From the NCBI GenBank assembly GCA_965249725.1, contig CBDFMQ010000002.1, positions 64,001-128,000 of the forward strand: 64,000 nucleotides of DNA, in the 5' to 3' direction. A program made the position numbers and the translations under genes. Positions within the stretch are counted from its first letter, which is position 1, and every line of letters starts with the position of its first letter. The notes under the pieces are model-generated. The model made no database searches. It saw only the letters and a program-made list of their open reading frames with translations, and was not told where the DNA came from. Of this stretch, positions 1 to 10,410 are shown piece by piece. This DNA comes from Longimicrobiales bacterium. GTDB lineage: Bacteria > Gemmatimonadota > Gemmatimonadetes > Longimicrobiales > Gaopeijiaceae.

Positions 1-1068
1 ACCCGGGACGCTGGAAGCGGCGTCGATGTAATCCCGGGTGCGAATAACGCCGTCGCCAGGGTTCGAGTGGACGTTCTTCCGCGAACTACGGTGGGCGGGA
101 TCTTCACCAACCTGCAGAACGACACCGGCCACAACCGGGTCGCCGGTGGTGATCTGGCCATCCGCTTCTGGAACAGCAGCTTCATCACGGCATGGGGCGC
201 CAATGTATGGGACTCCGACGACCTTCCCGGGAGCTCGTTCGCGGGAAGCGCCGACTTCGCTTTGGGGAACGACCTATGGCGGGTCGGCGGGGGCTACCTG
301 GACATCGGAGAGGGATACTTGCCGGAGCTCGGTCTCGTACGGCGCGGAGACCAGGTCCGTCGAAAGGCGGACGTGGGTTTCACACCGCGCTTCGAGGGAA
401 GCTCTTGGGCCCGTCAGTTGACCCTGACCGGTGAGGCCATGGCCATCGACGGCCAAGACGGCAACGATCAGTCGGCGGAGATCAAGGTTTCGGCCGGTCT
501 TCGATTCCAGTCCACCGACGACCTGACGTTAAGTGGAACCCGCGAGACGGAGGTCCTGGATGAGCCCTTCTTCATTCGGTCCGACGTCGGCATTCCGGTC
601 GGTCGCTATGAGTTCGACAGGATCGGAGCGAACCTGCGCACCAACCCCAGTCGGCCGCTTTCAGGTGGCCTCAACCTCTCGACGGGTAACTTCTACAACG
701 GTGATCGGACCCAGTTCGGAGGATCTCTCCAGTGGACCACCGGTCCTCATCTCACGCTGATCGGGACGGCGGATCGGAACGTGATCACGCTTCCGCTGGA
801 GAACGGGGACTTCGCCACGACGGTGCTGGGCCTGACTGTGAAGGCGGCGGTGAATCGGAAGCTCTTCGCGAACGCCCTGGTTCAGTATGACGACGTTTCT
901 GAGACCCTGCAGGCGAACGTTCGGGTCGACTGGATCCACACGCCGGGTAGCGATCTCTTCCTGGTACTCGATACCGGCTACCTCACGGGCGATCTGCTGG
1001 ATCCCTTCGAGACGAGGTGGGCTCGGCGAACAGGCGTGGTGAAGCTGACCTACCTGAAGGCCTTCTGA
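1..1068 (+). CDS. C-terminal part of a DUF5916-like outer-membrane beta-barrel protein (5' end outside window)
   Basis: Frame open from base 1. Motifs GYLPELGLVRRGD, GNFYNGDR, QYDDVSETLQANVRVDWIHTPGSDLFLV and terminal VKLTYLKAF (C-terminal Phe) fit this family. Confidence 0.7.
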   Translation, partial: TRDAGSGVDVIPGANNAVARVRVDVLPRTTVGGIFTNLQNDTGHNRVAGGDLAIRFWNSSFITAWGANVWDSDDLPGSSFAGSADFALGNDLWRVGGGYLDIGEGYLPELGLVRRGDQVRRKADVGFTPRFEGSSWARQLTLTGEAMAIDGQDGNDQSAEIKVSAGLRFQSTDDLTLSGTRETEVLDEPFFIRSDVGIPVGRYEFDRIGANLRTNPSRPLSGGLNLSTGNFYNGDRTQFGGSLQWTTGPHLTLIGTADRNVITLPLENGDFATTVLGLTVKAAVNRKLFANALVQYDDVSETLQANVRVDWIHTPGSDLFLVLDTGYLTGDLLDPFETRWARRTGVVKLTYLKAF

Positions 1069-1080
1069 GCAGGAGCGAGA

Positions 1081-2148
1081 ATGCGCGTTACGAACGTGGT
1101 CTTTGCCGTCGACACCCACGCCGGCGGCGAGCCGGGCCGGGTGATCGTCGGGGGCGTTCTTGATGTTCCCGGGTCGAGCATGTTCGAGAAGATGCTGTAC
1201 CTGCAGAACGAGGCCGACGACCTCAGGCTCCGGATGTTGAGGGAGCCGAGAGGGTATCCGGCGGCCAACTGCAACTTGATCCTCCCGCCGACGCTGCCCG
1301 AGGCCGATGCCGGCTACGTGATAATGGAGCAGGTGGAGTACCCGGGCATGTCGGGCACCAACACGATTGCGGTCACAACCGTCCTCATCGAAACGGGCAT
1401 GGTCCCTGTCGAGGAGCCGGTCACCGAGTTGCTGCTGGAGGCGCCCGCCGGGCTGATCGCGGTGCGCGCCGAGGTGCACGCCGGCAAGGTCCGCGCGGTC
1501 ACCTTCGAAAACGTCCCCGCGTTCGCCGTTCATCTCGATACGCCGGTAGAAGTGCCGGAACTCGGTGCGGTGACGGTGGACGTCGCCTATGGCGGCATGT
1601 TCTACGTTATCGCCGACGCCGAGCCCCTCGGGCTCGCCTTGACGCCCGACGAAGCCGGCGACGCGGTGAGGATCGGTGAGATGATCAAGGCGGCGACGCA
1701 GGAGCAGCTGGACTGTGTTCACCCGGACAACCCTGAGATACGCGGGGTGACCATCGCCCAGTTGTCGGCTCCGGCGATCGGGAGCGATGCAGACCGCAGG
1801 AATACCGTCATCGTGTCCACCGGTAGTCTGGACTGGGATCGGCCATCGACGTGGAAGGGCGTCTTGGACCGCTCACCCTGCGGCACTGGCACGTGCGCCA
1901 AGATGGCCGCGATGCACGCCAAGGGTGAGCTCCCGCTGAATCAGGACTTCCGGCACGAGGGCATTCTCGGCACCGTCTTCACCGGCCGCCTTCTCTCGGA
2001 AACCACCGTGGGAGAGTATCGCGCCGTGGTGCCGACCCTCACCGGGACCGCGTGGATCACCGGTTTCGCACAGTATGTGGTCGATCCGGAGGACCCGTTT
2101 CCCAACGGGTTCACCGTGGGTGACATCTGGAGTGCCCAGGAGGGGTGA
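1081..2148 (+). CDS. proline racemase / hydroxyproline epimerase superfamily protein (Ser/Cys active-site type)
   Basis: DTHAGGEPGRV, LREPRG, GMSGTNTI (Ser where MCGH has Cys), DVAYGG, DRSPCGTGT. Confidence 0.92.
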   Translation: MRVTNVVFAVDTHAGGEPGRVIVGGVLDVPGSSMFEKMLYLQNEADDLRLRMLREPRGYPAANCNLILPPTLPEADAGYVIMEQVEYPGMSGTNTIAVTTVLIETGMVPVEEPVTELLLEAPAGLIAVRAEVHAGKVRAVTFENVPAFAVHLDTPVEVPELGAVTVDVAYGGMFYVIADAEPLGLALTPDEAGDAVRIGEMIKAATQEQLDCVHPDNPEIRGVTIAQLSAPAIGSDADRRNTVIVSTGSLDWDRPSTWKGVLDRSPCGTGTCAKMAAMHAKGELPLNQDFRHEGILGTVFTGRLLSETTVGEYRAVVPTLTGTAWITGFAQYVVDPEDPFPNGFTVGDIWSAQEG

Positions 2149-2199
2149 CGGACGGATGAGGTCTCGGTCCGGGAAGTCTCTTGTGCCTCTTCGGCCGGC

Positions 2200-2580
2200 A
2201 TGATCTTTCAGGTCCTCGCCGGTCTCGTCCTCCTCGTCCACTTCGCGTTCATCCTCTTTGTGACCGTCGGCGTCCTCCTGGTGTTTCGCCGACCCCGATT
2301 GGCGTGGATTCACGTGCCGTGTGCCCTGTGGGGGGCATGGATCGAGTTGAGCCGAGGCATCTGTCCGCTCACGCCTCTCGAGAACCGATTCCGCCAGTTG
2401 GGAGGTGAAGCCGGGTACGCCGGAGGCTTCATCGATCACTACCTGGGGCCCATCATCTATCCGAGCGGGCTGACTCCACGAGCGCAGTTGGTTCTCGGAG
2501 GCGTGTTGGTGGCCTTCAACGTCGCCGCCTATGCGTTGATCGTGTGGCGTCATCGCACAGCGCCTGACGGGGAGTCGTAG
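2200..2580 (+). CDS. DUF2784-like membrane protein
   Basis: HFAFILFV, HVPCALWG, CPLTPLEN, GFIDHYLGPIIYP motifs. Confidence 0.85.
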   Translation: MIFQVLAGLVLLVHFAFILFVTVGVLLVFRRPRLAWIHVPCALWGAWIELSRGICPLTPLENRFRQLGGEAGYAGGFIDHYLGPIIYPSGLTPRAQLVLGGVLVAFNVAAYALIVWRHRTAPDGES

Positions 2581-2628
2581 GGAAAGATCCCAGCGGAGTT
2601 ACAGGCTGGAGGCGTCAAGCAGAGGGCA

Positions 2629-3369
2629 TCAACCGATCGTGTTCACCAGGATCGCCCCTTGTCCGTTGCCGGCGCCCCAACGGGCCACCGCCTGGGCAGG
2701 GTTGAAGAACCGAATCGATTCGATGTTCTTGGCGTTGATCTCCATGAGGGTCGATCCGCCGCCGAGCCGGTGTCCATCGAGATACACCTTCATCTCGTCC
2801 ACCTGAATCGGCTCACAGACCGGATCGCTGGCCCGGCAAGTGATGTCGGCGATCATGCCGCGACTACCGGTGTTGAGCCAATTCGGCCGAAGGAGCCGGA
2901 CCACTTCGTAGGCCGTGTTGGCAGCGGCGTCGCGGACCTCTTGAGCTGTGATGAGTGTCCGTGGACTAGAGCTGATAGTCGGCCTGAATGAGGCGCCACG
3001 ACCGAAGAACGGGAAGGAGAACCCGGTAGCCAGACCGATCGAGCCGCCCACGACCGCCCAGTCCTGCCGGTGTTGGTTGATCTCACCGTCGTCCCAGTCG
3101 CCGCTGGCGAGCTGGGACGCGAAGTAACCGACGCCGGCTCCCAACGCTGCGCCTCCGAGAGCATTCCAGAAGCGGGACGTCCACGAAGGTCCGTCGCTCG
3201 AATCCAGGTCCGGGGGAGGAGAAAGCAGCTCGGCTTGCGCCAGTGCCGACTGTGTGGCTGGCGGCGCCTGGGCGGAGAGTTCACCGACAGAGGGACCTGC
3301 GCAAAGTACCGAGGCGCACAACAGGCTGGGCAGCACACCGGGCAACACACCGGGCACCAAACGCTTCAT
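2629..3369 (-). CDS. exported protein with glycine-zipper segment and C-terminal TonB-receptor plug-like domain
   Basis: Signal peptide, GGAALGAGVG, then ITAQEV..NTAYEVVRLLRPNWL..VYLDG..IESIRFFNP..ARWGAGNGQGAILV. Confidence 0.65.
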   Translation of the reverse strand: MKRLVPGVLPGVLPSLLCASVLCAGPSVGELSAQAPPATQSALAQAELLSPPPDLDSSDGPSWTSRFWNALGGAALGAGVGYFASQLASGDWDDGEINQHRQDWAVVGGSIGLATGFSFPFFGRGASFRPTISSSPRTLITAQEVRDAAANTAYEVVRLLRPNWLNTGSRGMIADITCRASDPVCEPIQVDEMKVYLDGHRLGGGSTLMEINAKNIESIRFFNPAQAVARWGAGNGQGAILVNTIG

Positions 3370-3454
3370 GGCGACTTCCCGCGCAAATGCTCTGAACTCA
3401 GAGGGGGCGTTTCACTATAGCCAGCAGAATCACGCCTGAATAGACCTCGTTCTA

Positions 3455-4255
3455 CTAGAGGTCGGGGGGCGGCTCGGGCGATTCGAGCGTCTCGGCCGCT
3501 CCCAGCGTCGCGGCTGCGCCGTCGTCGTCCTCGTTTTCGGTGGGAAGCTGAACCAGTGTCATATTGCGCACGTTCTCGTACGGCCGACGCGTCAGCTTCG
3601 ACCATCCGGCTCTCAACACGAACGCGCCGAGCACCGTGGACATGGCGAGGAGCGTCCAGTTCCATTCCACCCGACCCACGGCAAAGCTCGCCACGATGGC
3701 TCGAATGCTGTCAGGGCGGGCCTTGAAAATCGGATCACCCGTCAGGAAATCGATGGTATACGTCACGCTATCGTACGGTATGGCGGCGTGATACCGGACC
3801 TCGTGTAGGCCGTTCTCACGCCACATTTCCATCCATGCCCATCCGTCCCGTCCGTCAATCCTGATCGGTTCGATATTTCCGTAGTCCATGGGGTGATCCG
3901 GTGGGTTGTCCATGGACCAATCCCGGGCCGCCGCGACCTCTTCAAGGGTCGTCGATCCCTCGTGGCCGTTGATGTAGATCCCCGTGAACTCTCCCCATTC
4001 CGTCTCGATCCACGCATCGAAGTGGATCGTGGGGCGCTCCGGGAACATCCGCGGCCCGTTCTGGGCCACGTCGTCCTTCTTGATGAAGCCTTCGGGGGGA
4101 GCCTGGACCTGAGGGCCTCGGAACTGCGGCACCTCGCATGCGCCGCCTACGAGAGAGACGGTCAGCAGTAGAAGAGCACGACGGATCCAATGTCGTCGGC
4201 ACGGGCCCCTGTCTCCCACGGAGCCGAAATCGGCTGAAATCGACGTCTTCCGCAT
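3455..4255 (-). CDS. hypothetical exported/lipoprotein with C-terminal TM helix (start uncertain)
   Basis: 266-aa ORF with hydrophobic LLLLTVSLVGGAC segment and a C-terminal TM segment. Confidence 0.6.
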   Translation of the reverse strand: MRKTSISADFGSVGDRGPCRRHWIRRALLLLTVSLVGGACEVPQFRGPQVQAPPEGFIKKDDVAQNGPRMFPERPTIHFDAWIETEWGEFTGIYINGHEGSTTLEEVAAARDWSMDNPPDHPMDYGNIEPIRIDGRDGWAWMEMWRENGLHEVRYHAAIPYDSVTYTIDFLTGDPIFKARPDSIRAIVASFAVGRVEWNWTLLAMSTVLGAFVLRAGWSKLTRRPYENVRNMTLVQLPTENEDDDGAAATLGAAETLESPEPPPDL

Positions 4256-4472
4256 TCACCGCTCCTTTTGTGTATCCACCAATATATGTAGGACCGGTGC
4301 CGCGATCACGATTCTTATCACCGTGCGGGAAAGGTGGTTAACGGACCGGACCGGGCGACACTTGCCCACGCCCCCGCGGGGACCTCTCTTGGCCATCCCC
4401 GCCGCTACCGACACTTCACGTTCCGGGTCACCAAGGGGTAGGTGCCATGCTCGAGGCTTTCGCACTGCATCG

Positions 4473-4652
4473 CGGATCGCGACGCACGAGATCACACGGC
4501 AGGGAATGAAGGAACCGGATATGCGTTACGTGGCCGGCCTGCTCCGGAAGGCGAACGACGGAGTTCCTTTCGAGCAAGTCCGCGCCGAGATCAAGGATCT
4601 GCTTGTTGCGTTCCAGGTGCTGCACTACAGCTTCGACTCGGCCGACGTCTAG
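4473..4652 (+). pseudogene. C-terminal fragment of a serine hydroxymethyltransferase-like gene
   Basis: RIATHEITRQGMKEPDMRYVAGLL...VRAEIKDLL..FQVLHYSF resembles the SHMT C-terminus (RxGTxExTRxGMKE). The N-terminal part is absent. Confidence 0.6.
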
Positions 4653-4947
4653 GTTCCGGCGAGGAGCAGACAGGCACGAGTCACCGTGATCACGTACGGA
4701 CCCAGCTGCCATACGCGGTCGCGGCCGCCACAGCGGCGTTGACTATTTATACGCTGGCGGGGGCGGTCCTATAAGGGCGAAATGGGCCCCCAGAATCAGC
4801 ACTGGAGAGGTCCGTGGTCCAACAGGTGAGGAATGGAGCGGATCGCTGATTCCTGCTGGAGTGCCGTGGCCGCAACCCTAGGTCTGAAAGGGGTTTACAG
4901 GATTTATCCTAAGATTGTTTTAAAGCTCCGGAGACCGTCCTTCAATC

Positions 4948-4976
4948 TTGACATGGCCCTGGAAAACGGTTATTCC
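4948..4976 (+). promoter_or_regulatory. possible sigma70 promoter of susC-susD
   Basis: TTGACA-17bp-TATTCC in an AT-richer intergenic region. The -10 element is weak. Confidence 0.3.
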
Positions 4977-5109
4977 CAAGGCGGAACATGTGTTCCGAGT
5001 TTCTGCCCTCCGCCGGGCGGAATGGGTCACGGGGAAGGTCGGGCGCGGCGAGGACGAGCGGTGTGGGGGGGCAGATGCGGCCTATTCCTCCATTCCTAGG
5101 GAGTGACCT

Positions 5110-8100
5110 ATGAAAAGTCTTCGTTTGATAAGACTACTCATGCTGGGTGTCCTCCTGGTTCCCATGACGCTGGGCGCACAAGAGATGCGCACGGTGACGG
5201 GGACCATCACTCAGCAAGAGACCCTCCAACCGTTCCCGGGCGTAGAAGTGCTCGTCAAGGGAACCAAGATCTTGGCGGTGACGGATGCCCAGGGGTTCTA
5301 CACCCTGCGGGTCCCGGCCAACTCTAGTGCTTTGATCATCAGCTATCTTGGCTACCGGACCCAGGAAATGCCCATTGCGGCGCGGGTCGACGTCGAGATG
5401 TTCCAGGAGGCCATCGGTATCGAGGGGCTGACGGTTACCGCACTCGGCGTCAAGCGCGAGAAGCGGTCGCTGGGCTACTCGGTACAGGACGTGACGGGAA
5501 GGGAAATCAGTGAGGTTCCCGAGATCAACATCGTCAATTCCCTCAAGGGGAACATCGCGGGTGTCCAGATCACGGACGCTGGCCCGACGGGCGGTTCGGC
5601 ACGGATCGTGATCCGCGGTGCGAGCTCGATCTCGGGGAACAACCAGCCCCTCTTCATCGTCGATGGAGTCCCGATCGACAACAGTGCGCAGGGCAACGAG
5701 GGCTACGGCGGAATCGACTACGGCAACACTGCTTCCGACCTCGATCCTGCCAATATCGAAGCCATCAGCGTCCTCAAGGGGCCCAATGCTGCGGCCCTCT
5801 ACGGCTCACGGGCGGCGGCAGGCGCCGTGGTCATCACCACCAAGTCGGGTACCGGTGCTCCCGGTGGCGGATTGGGCGTTACGGCGTCCATGAGCTTGAC
5901 GATGGAAGAGCCGCTCCGTCTTCCCAGCTACCAGAACGAGTACGGCCAGGGCCTGTTCGGCGAGTACCAGTTCGTCGACGGTGCGGGCGCAGGCCTGTGG
6001 GACTTCGTGGACGAGAGCTGGGGTCCGAAGCTCGACGGTCGGCTCATCGACCAGTTCACCGGTCCCAATCAGCCGTGGGTCGCCCATCCGGATAACGTGC
6101 GCAGCTTCTTCCGGACGGGTAGCACGTTGAACACCAACGTCGCGATTTCACGTGCGGGCGAGCGCTCGAACGTGCGTCTCTCCATCACCGACATGGAGCT
6201 CCGGGGCATGACTCCCGGCAACACCATGCAACGGATCGGCGTGGCCCTGAAGGGTGGGGCCACACTCACCGACCGGCTGAGTGCCGAAGCCTCTCTGAAC
6301 TACATCGACCAAGAGGGCGTCAACCGCCCCGGCACCGGATATGATGAAGACAATCCGATGCAGTCGTTCATCTGGTTCGGACGTCAGGTCGACATGGAGC
6401 CACTTCGCAACTACGAGTGCCAGGGTTCGGAGCCAACCGCCTGCACGGCGGACGGCGGTCAGTACAACTGGAACTACAACTATCACAACAATCCCTTCTG
6501 GGAGGCCTTGGTCAACGGCAACGGCGACGAGCGTGATCGCCTCATGGGCCACCTGAACCTCGACTACCAGATCAACGACTGGGTCACCGCCTCTGCGCGG
6601 GCCGGCCGCGACTGGTACCGGGATCACCGCAAGCGCGTCACCGCCCCCAACAGCCTGGACGACAGCGGCCACGGTTCGTTCGGGGAAGAGACGCTCTATC
6701 GGTCCGAGACCAACATCGATCTTCTCGTGAGTGCCACACGCGAGCTGACGTCCGACTTCACATTGGACCTGGCGGTCGGTGGAAACAACCGGGAGAACAA
6801 CTACGAGGCCGGCGGAGTCACGGTGTCCAAGTTGACGGTTCCGGGCATCTACACGATCGACAACGCCGCCGCGACGCCCAGCCCGTGGGACCTGATCCGG
6901 AAGAAGGAAGTCCGGAGCGTCTACGGTTCAGCCAGCCTGCATTACGCCGGGTACTGGAACGTCGACCTGACGGGTCGCAACGACTGGTCTTCGACGCTGC
7001 CGGAGGGCAACAATTCCTACTTCTACCCATCTGTATCCACGGCATTCGTCTTCACGGACGCTTTCCAGATGCAGAACGAGATCTTGAGTTTCGGTAAGGT
7101 GCGCGGAAGCTGGACTCGCGTGGGTAACGACGCCGATCCCTATCAGCTTGCGGCAGTCTTCAGCGCCCAAGATGGCTGGGGCGGCACTCCGATGTTCGCG
7201 GTTCCGAACGAGCTGCCGAACACGACCCTCAAGCCGGAAGAGACCACCGCTTGGGAAGTTGGAGCCGACCTCGGCTTCTTCAACGAGCGGTTGGGCTTCG
7301 TGCTCACCTACTACAAGCGCGAGACCGCGAACCAGATTCTCGGCGTCGAGGTCTCCAGGACCAGTGGCTACCAGAGGCAGGTCCTGAACGCCGGTAAGGT
7401 CGAGAATAAGGGCCTGGAGCTTTTGCTCAGGGCGACCCCGGTAGAGCTCGACAACGGCTTCACCTGGGACATGACGGTCAACTGGAGCAAGAATACTTCT
7501 GAAGTTACTGAGCTGTTCGGCGACCTCGAGACGTTGGTGCTCGGCTCTTACTGGAGCATGAACATCGAGGCGCGCCTGAACGAGCCCTACGGAGCGTTCT
7601 ACGGCAACGGTTACCTGCGGAACGACAATGGCGACCTGATGCTGACCTCGGGTGGTCTGCCGCAGCAGGATCCGGTCCGTCGCGTTCTCGGCAACTACAA
7701 CCCCGACTGGATTGCGGGTGTACAGAACCGCTTCAGCTGGGGTCCGATGGATGTGAGCGTGCTGGTCGACGGCCAGTCGGGTGGTGACGTCTTCTCGGTC
7801 ACCAACTGGTTCGGTGAGTATGCCGGCGTGCTCCAGTCTTCGCTGCAAGGCCGCGAGATCGACTTCTGTGATCCGGGCATCGTCGTGGGAGGGATTCTGC
7901 CCGACGGCTCGAGGAACGGTGACGGGGCGAATGAAGTCATGGTTTGCCCGCAGGACTACTTCGGCCGGAACTTTGGTATCAACGCGGCGTCGATCGACGA
8001 CGCCAGCTACATCAAGCTCCGCGAGGTTCGGTTGGGCTATGAGCTCCCGGACGCGTGGGTGGACCGTGTCGGTTTCACGGGTGGCAATCTGAGCTTGATC

Positions 8101-8241
8101 GGAAGGAACCTGTTCCTGTGGTCCAGGATCGAGAACATCGATCCGGAGACTGCGTTCGACGCCAGCAACGTTCAAGGCATCGAGTTCGGTCAGTTCCCGA
8201 CGGCTAGAAGCATCGGGTTCTCCCTCTCGCTGCGTCCATAA
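5110..8241 (+). CDS. susC: SusC/RagA family TonB-dependent outer membrane transporter
   Basis: VTALGVKREKRSLGYSVQ, IVIRGASS, NNQPLFIVDGVP, SVLKGPNAAALYGSRA, RNDWSSTLP, LKPEET, YIKLREV. Confidence 0.95.
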   Translation: MKSLRLIRLLMLGVLLVPMTLGAQEMRTVTGTITQQETLQPFPGVEVLVKGTKILAVTDAQGFYTLRVPANSSALIISYLGYRTQEMPIAARVDVEMFQEAIGIEGLTVTALGVKREKRSLGYSVQDVTGREISEVPEINIVNSLKGNIAGVQITDAGPTGGSARIVIRGASSISGNNQPLFIVDGVPIDNSAQGNEGYGGIDYGNTASDLDPANIEAISVLKGPNAAALYGSRAAAGAVVITTKSGTGAPGGGLGVTASMSLTMEEPLRLPSYQNEYGQGLFGEYQFVDGAGAGLWDFVDESWGPKLDGRLIDQFTGPNQPWVAHPDNVRSFFRTGSTLNTNVAISRAGERSNVRLSITDMELRGMTPGNTMQRIGVALKGGATLTDRLSAEASLNYIDQEGVNRPGTGYDEDNPMQSFIWFGRQVDMEPLRNYECQGSEPTACTADGGQYNWNYNYHNNPFWEALVNGNGDERDRLMGHLNLDYQINDWVTASARAGRDWYRDHRKRVTAPNSLDDSGHGSFGEETLYRSETNIDLLVSATRELTSDFTLDLAVGGNNRENNYEAGGVTVSKLTVPGIYTIDNAAATPSPWDLIRKKEVRSVYGSASLHYAGYWNVDLTGRNDWSSTLPEGNNSYFYPSVSTAFVFTDAFQMQNEILSFGKVRGSWTRVGNDADPYQLAAVFSAQDGWGGTPMFAVPNELPNTTLKPEETTAWEVGADLGFFNERLGFVLTYYKRETANQILGVEVSRTSGYQRQVLNAGKVENKGLELLLRATPVELDNGFTWDMTVNWSKNTSEVTELFGDLETLVLGSYWSMNIEARLNEPYGAFYGNGYLRNDNGDLMLTSGGLPQQDPVRRVLGNYNPDWIAGVQNRFSWGPMDVSVLVDGQSGGDVFSVTNWFGEYAGVLQSSLQGREIDFCDPGIVVGGILPDGSRNGDGANEVMVCPQDYFGRNFGINAASIDDASYIKLREVRLGYELPDAWVDRVGFTGGNLSLIGRNLFLWSRIENIDPETAFDASNVQGIEFGQFPTARSIGFSLSLRP

Positions 8242-8257
8242 CGGCAGAAAGGCTTAA

Positions 8258-9703
8258 ATGATGAACAGAACGAGACTTGCCCATGTGGCAGCTTTCGTCG
8301 GCCTTGTCTGGACCGCCGCGGCGTGCACGGATGGGCTGACCGACATCAACACCAACCCGAATGCGCCGACCGACGTACCGGCTCAATTCCTGCTTCCGCA
8401 GTCGATCCAGAACACGGTTCAGGCGGCATTCGGCACCGGACAGATGCTTCAACACACGGGCCTCTGGCCTCAGCATTTCGTCCAGATCCAGTATCCGGAA
8501 GAGGAGCAGGGACAGGTTCGCGCGTCCGGGATGGAGGCGTACTGGACTGGCTATTACTCCGGCGGGCTGAAGGACGTCCAACTGGTGATTGAGAAAGGCA
8601 TGGAGGGTGGTGAGGCCAACATCGAGGGTGTTGGCAGGATCTGGAAGTCGTGGGTGTTCCACATCGTGACGGACCTCTGGGGCGATGTGCCCTATTCCGA
8701 GGCCCTGAACGGTGAGGAGAATGCGATTCCCGTCTACGACAGCCAGGCGGCCATCTACGATGGTCTGTTCGCCGATCTGACGACGGGCGCGTCCATGGTA
8801 GGTTCGGGCAGCGCCGACTTTGCGGCCGGCGACATTCTCTATGGCAACGACTTCACCAAATGGCGGAAATTCGCCAACTCCCTTCGCATGCGTTTAGCCA
8901 TGCGGCTGTCGGCGATCGATGCAGGGAAGGCGCAGACGGAGTTCGCGGCTGCGTTCGCCGCCGGGGGCTTCACGAGTAACGCGGACAACGCGTTCCTCGA
9001 CTACCCGGGATCTCCCTACGAGGCCCCGTTTTACGAGAACTACCTCACGCGCGACGACAACGGCGTGAGCCGGACCATGATCAACATGCTGGACGGCCTG
9101 AACGATCCGCGCCTCGCGCTGTATGCGGAGCCGGCGGCTCAGGATGACGTATATCGTGGGCACGAGAATGGCTCGGACGACCTGCCTCCGGGGCAGTCGC
9201 TGGCCTTCTTTTCCCGGATTGGAGATTTCTGGCGTGAGGATGGGGCTGCGACACCGAGCCCGATCATGACGTACGCCGAGGTCCTTTTCCTCCAGGCGGA
9301 AGCGGCTGCGAGGGGTTGGATCAGCGGAGATCCGGCGACCTTCTACATGGACGCCATCGAAGCCAACATGAACATGTACGACGCGTACGGCGCAGGTCCG
9401 ACCGACGCGGAGATCGCAGCCTATGTGGCTCAGCCGGAGATCGCCTACACCGGCATGGACGACATCCATCTCCAGAAGTGGATCGCACTCTGGATGAACG
9501 GGTCTGAGGCGTTCTCGAACTGGCGTCGCACAGATTCGCCGACGCTCATCGCCGGTCCGGATCTGATCGTCAGCCGGATCCCGATTCGTTTCTCCTACCC
9601 GGACAGTGAACAGTCGTTGAACAATGCCAACATGACCGCGGCAATCTCGCGGCAAGGTGGTGGACTCGACCTGGTCACCCCGGTCTGGTGGGATGTGAAC
9701 TGA
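8258..9703 (+). CDS. susD: SusD/RagB family nutrient-binding lipoprotein
   Basis: Lipobox AAAC, INTNPN, TDLWGDVPYSEA, WRKFANSLRMRLAMR, QKWIAL, VWWD. Lies directly after susC. Confidence 0.95.
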   Translation: MMNRTRLAHVAAFVGLVWTAAACTDGLTDINTNPNAPTDVPAQFLLPQSIQNTVQAAFGTGQMLQHTGLWPQHFVQIQYPEEEQGQVRASGMEAYWTGYYSGGLKDVQLVIEKGMEGGEANIEGVGRIWKSWVFHIVTDLWGDVPYSEALNGEENAIPVYDSQAAIYDGLFADLTTGASMVGSGSADFAAGDILYGNDFTKWRKFANSLRMRLAMRLSAIDAGKAQTEFAAAFAAGGFTSNADNAFLDYPGSPYEAPFYENYLTRDDNGVSRTMINMLDGLNDPRLALYAEPAAQDDVYRGHENGSDDLPPGQSLAFFSRIGDFWREDGAATPSPIMTYAEVLFLQAEAAARGWISGDPATFYMDAIEANMNMYDAYGAGPTDAEIAAYVAQPEIAYTGMDDIHLQKWIALWMNGSEAFSNWRRTDSPTLIAGPDLIVSRIPIRFSYPDSEQSLNNANMTAAISRQGGGLDLVTPVWWDVN

Positions 9704-9728
9704 CGTTCACTGATCACCCGATAGCGAA

Positions 9729-9763
9729 ACGCCCCCCGTGGTTCTCCACGGGGGGCGTATTTC
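9729..9763. terminator. stem-loop terminator between convergent genes
   Basis: ACGCCCCCCGTGG-TTCT-CCACGGGGGGCGT, a 13-bp perfect stem. Confidence 0.75.
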
Positions 9764-9787
9764 GTTCCGATCGCGGCTAGCGCGCTA

Positions 9788-10249
9788 TTATCCGATGTTG
9801 CGCATGAAGATCAGGATGAGACCGTGCGCGTGCGTGGCGTATCCGGGACGCTTCGTGAAGCCCTGCGGGTACACCTCAACGGTCTCGACGTCGTGGCTAC
9901 GCAGGGACTCGAGGATACAGGTGTCCGTGGAGAGCGTGCCGTCCACATATACCTTCGGCATGATCACTCGCTGGAAGGCCACCTGCTGGCGGATGTTGAC
10001 CTCGGGGCAATTGCCACCGGTTCTCCGCACTTTAAAGTTCGGGACCTTGCCTTCCATGGTCCCGAGGATTGAGCCGCGCCCGTCGCTCAACGCCGTACCC
10101 GACAGGATGATGGCGCCGTCCCGCATGTTGATCCCGCTATCCGGACGAGGTTGGGAATTTGGAAACTGCGTCCGCTGACAAGCGGCCAGCATGAGCACGC
10201 TAAGGAGGAGTGTGGTGCTCCGGGCTGGTCCCAAGGCTTGTACGGACAT
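9788..10249 (-). CDS. small lipoprotein, standalone TonB plug-like domain
   Basis: Lipobox LAAC, then PKVYVDG..LESLRSHDVETVEVY..HGLILIF. Confidence 0.65.
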   Translation of the reverse strand: MSVQALGPARSTTLLLSVLMLAACQRTQFPNSQPRPDSGINMRDGAIILSGTALSDGRGSILGTMEGKVPNFKVRRTGGNCPEVNIRQQVAFQRVIMPKVYVDGTLSTDTCILESLRSHDVETVEVYPQGFTKRPGYATHAHGLILIFMRNIG

Positions 10250-10410
10250 GACTTGTCTCTCCCTCGGTGGAGACGCGTCGTCCGTCCCCGTGCTGGTGCC
10301 GTGTAATGGCACCATACCCTTCCTTGAGTCATACGGGCTAGGGGGAGATCCCTTTCGCGAGCCATCGGCCTATATTGATGCGATGTGCGGCTTCCTGAGC
10401 AAGAGACGCA

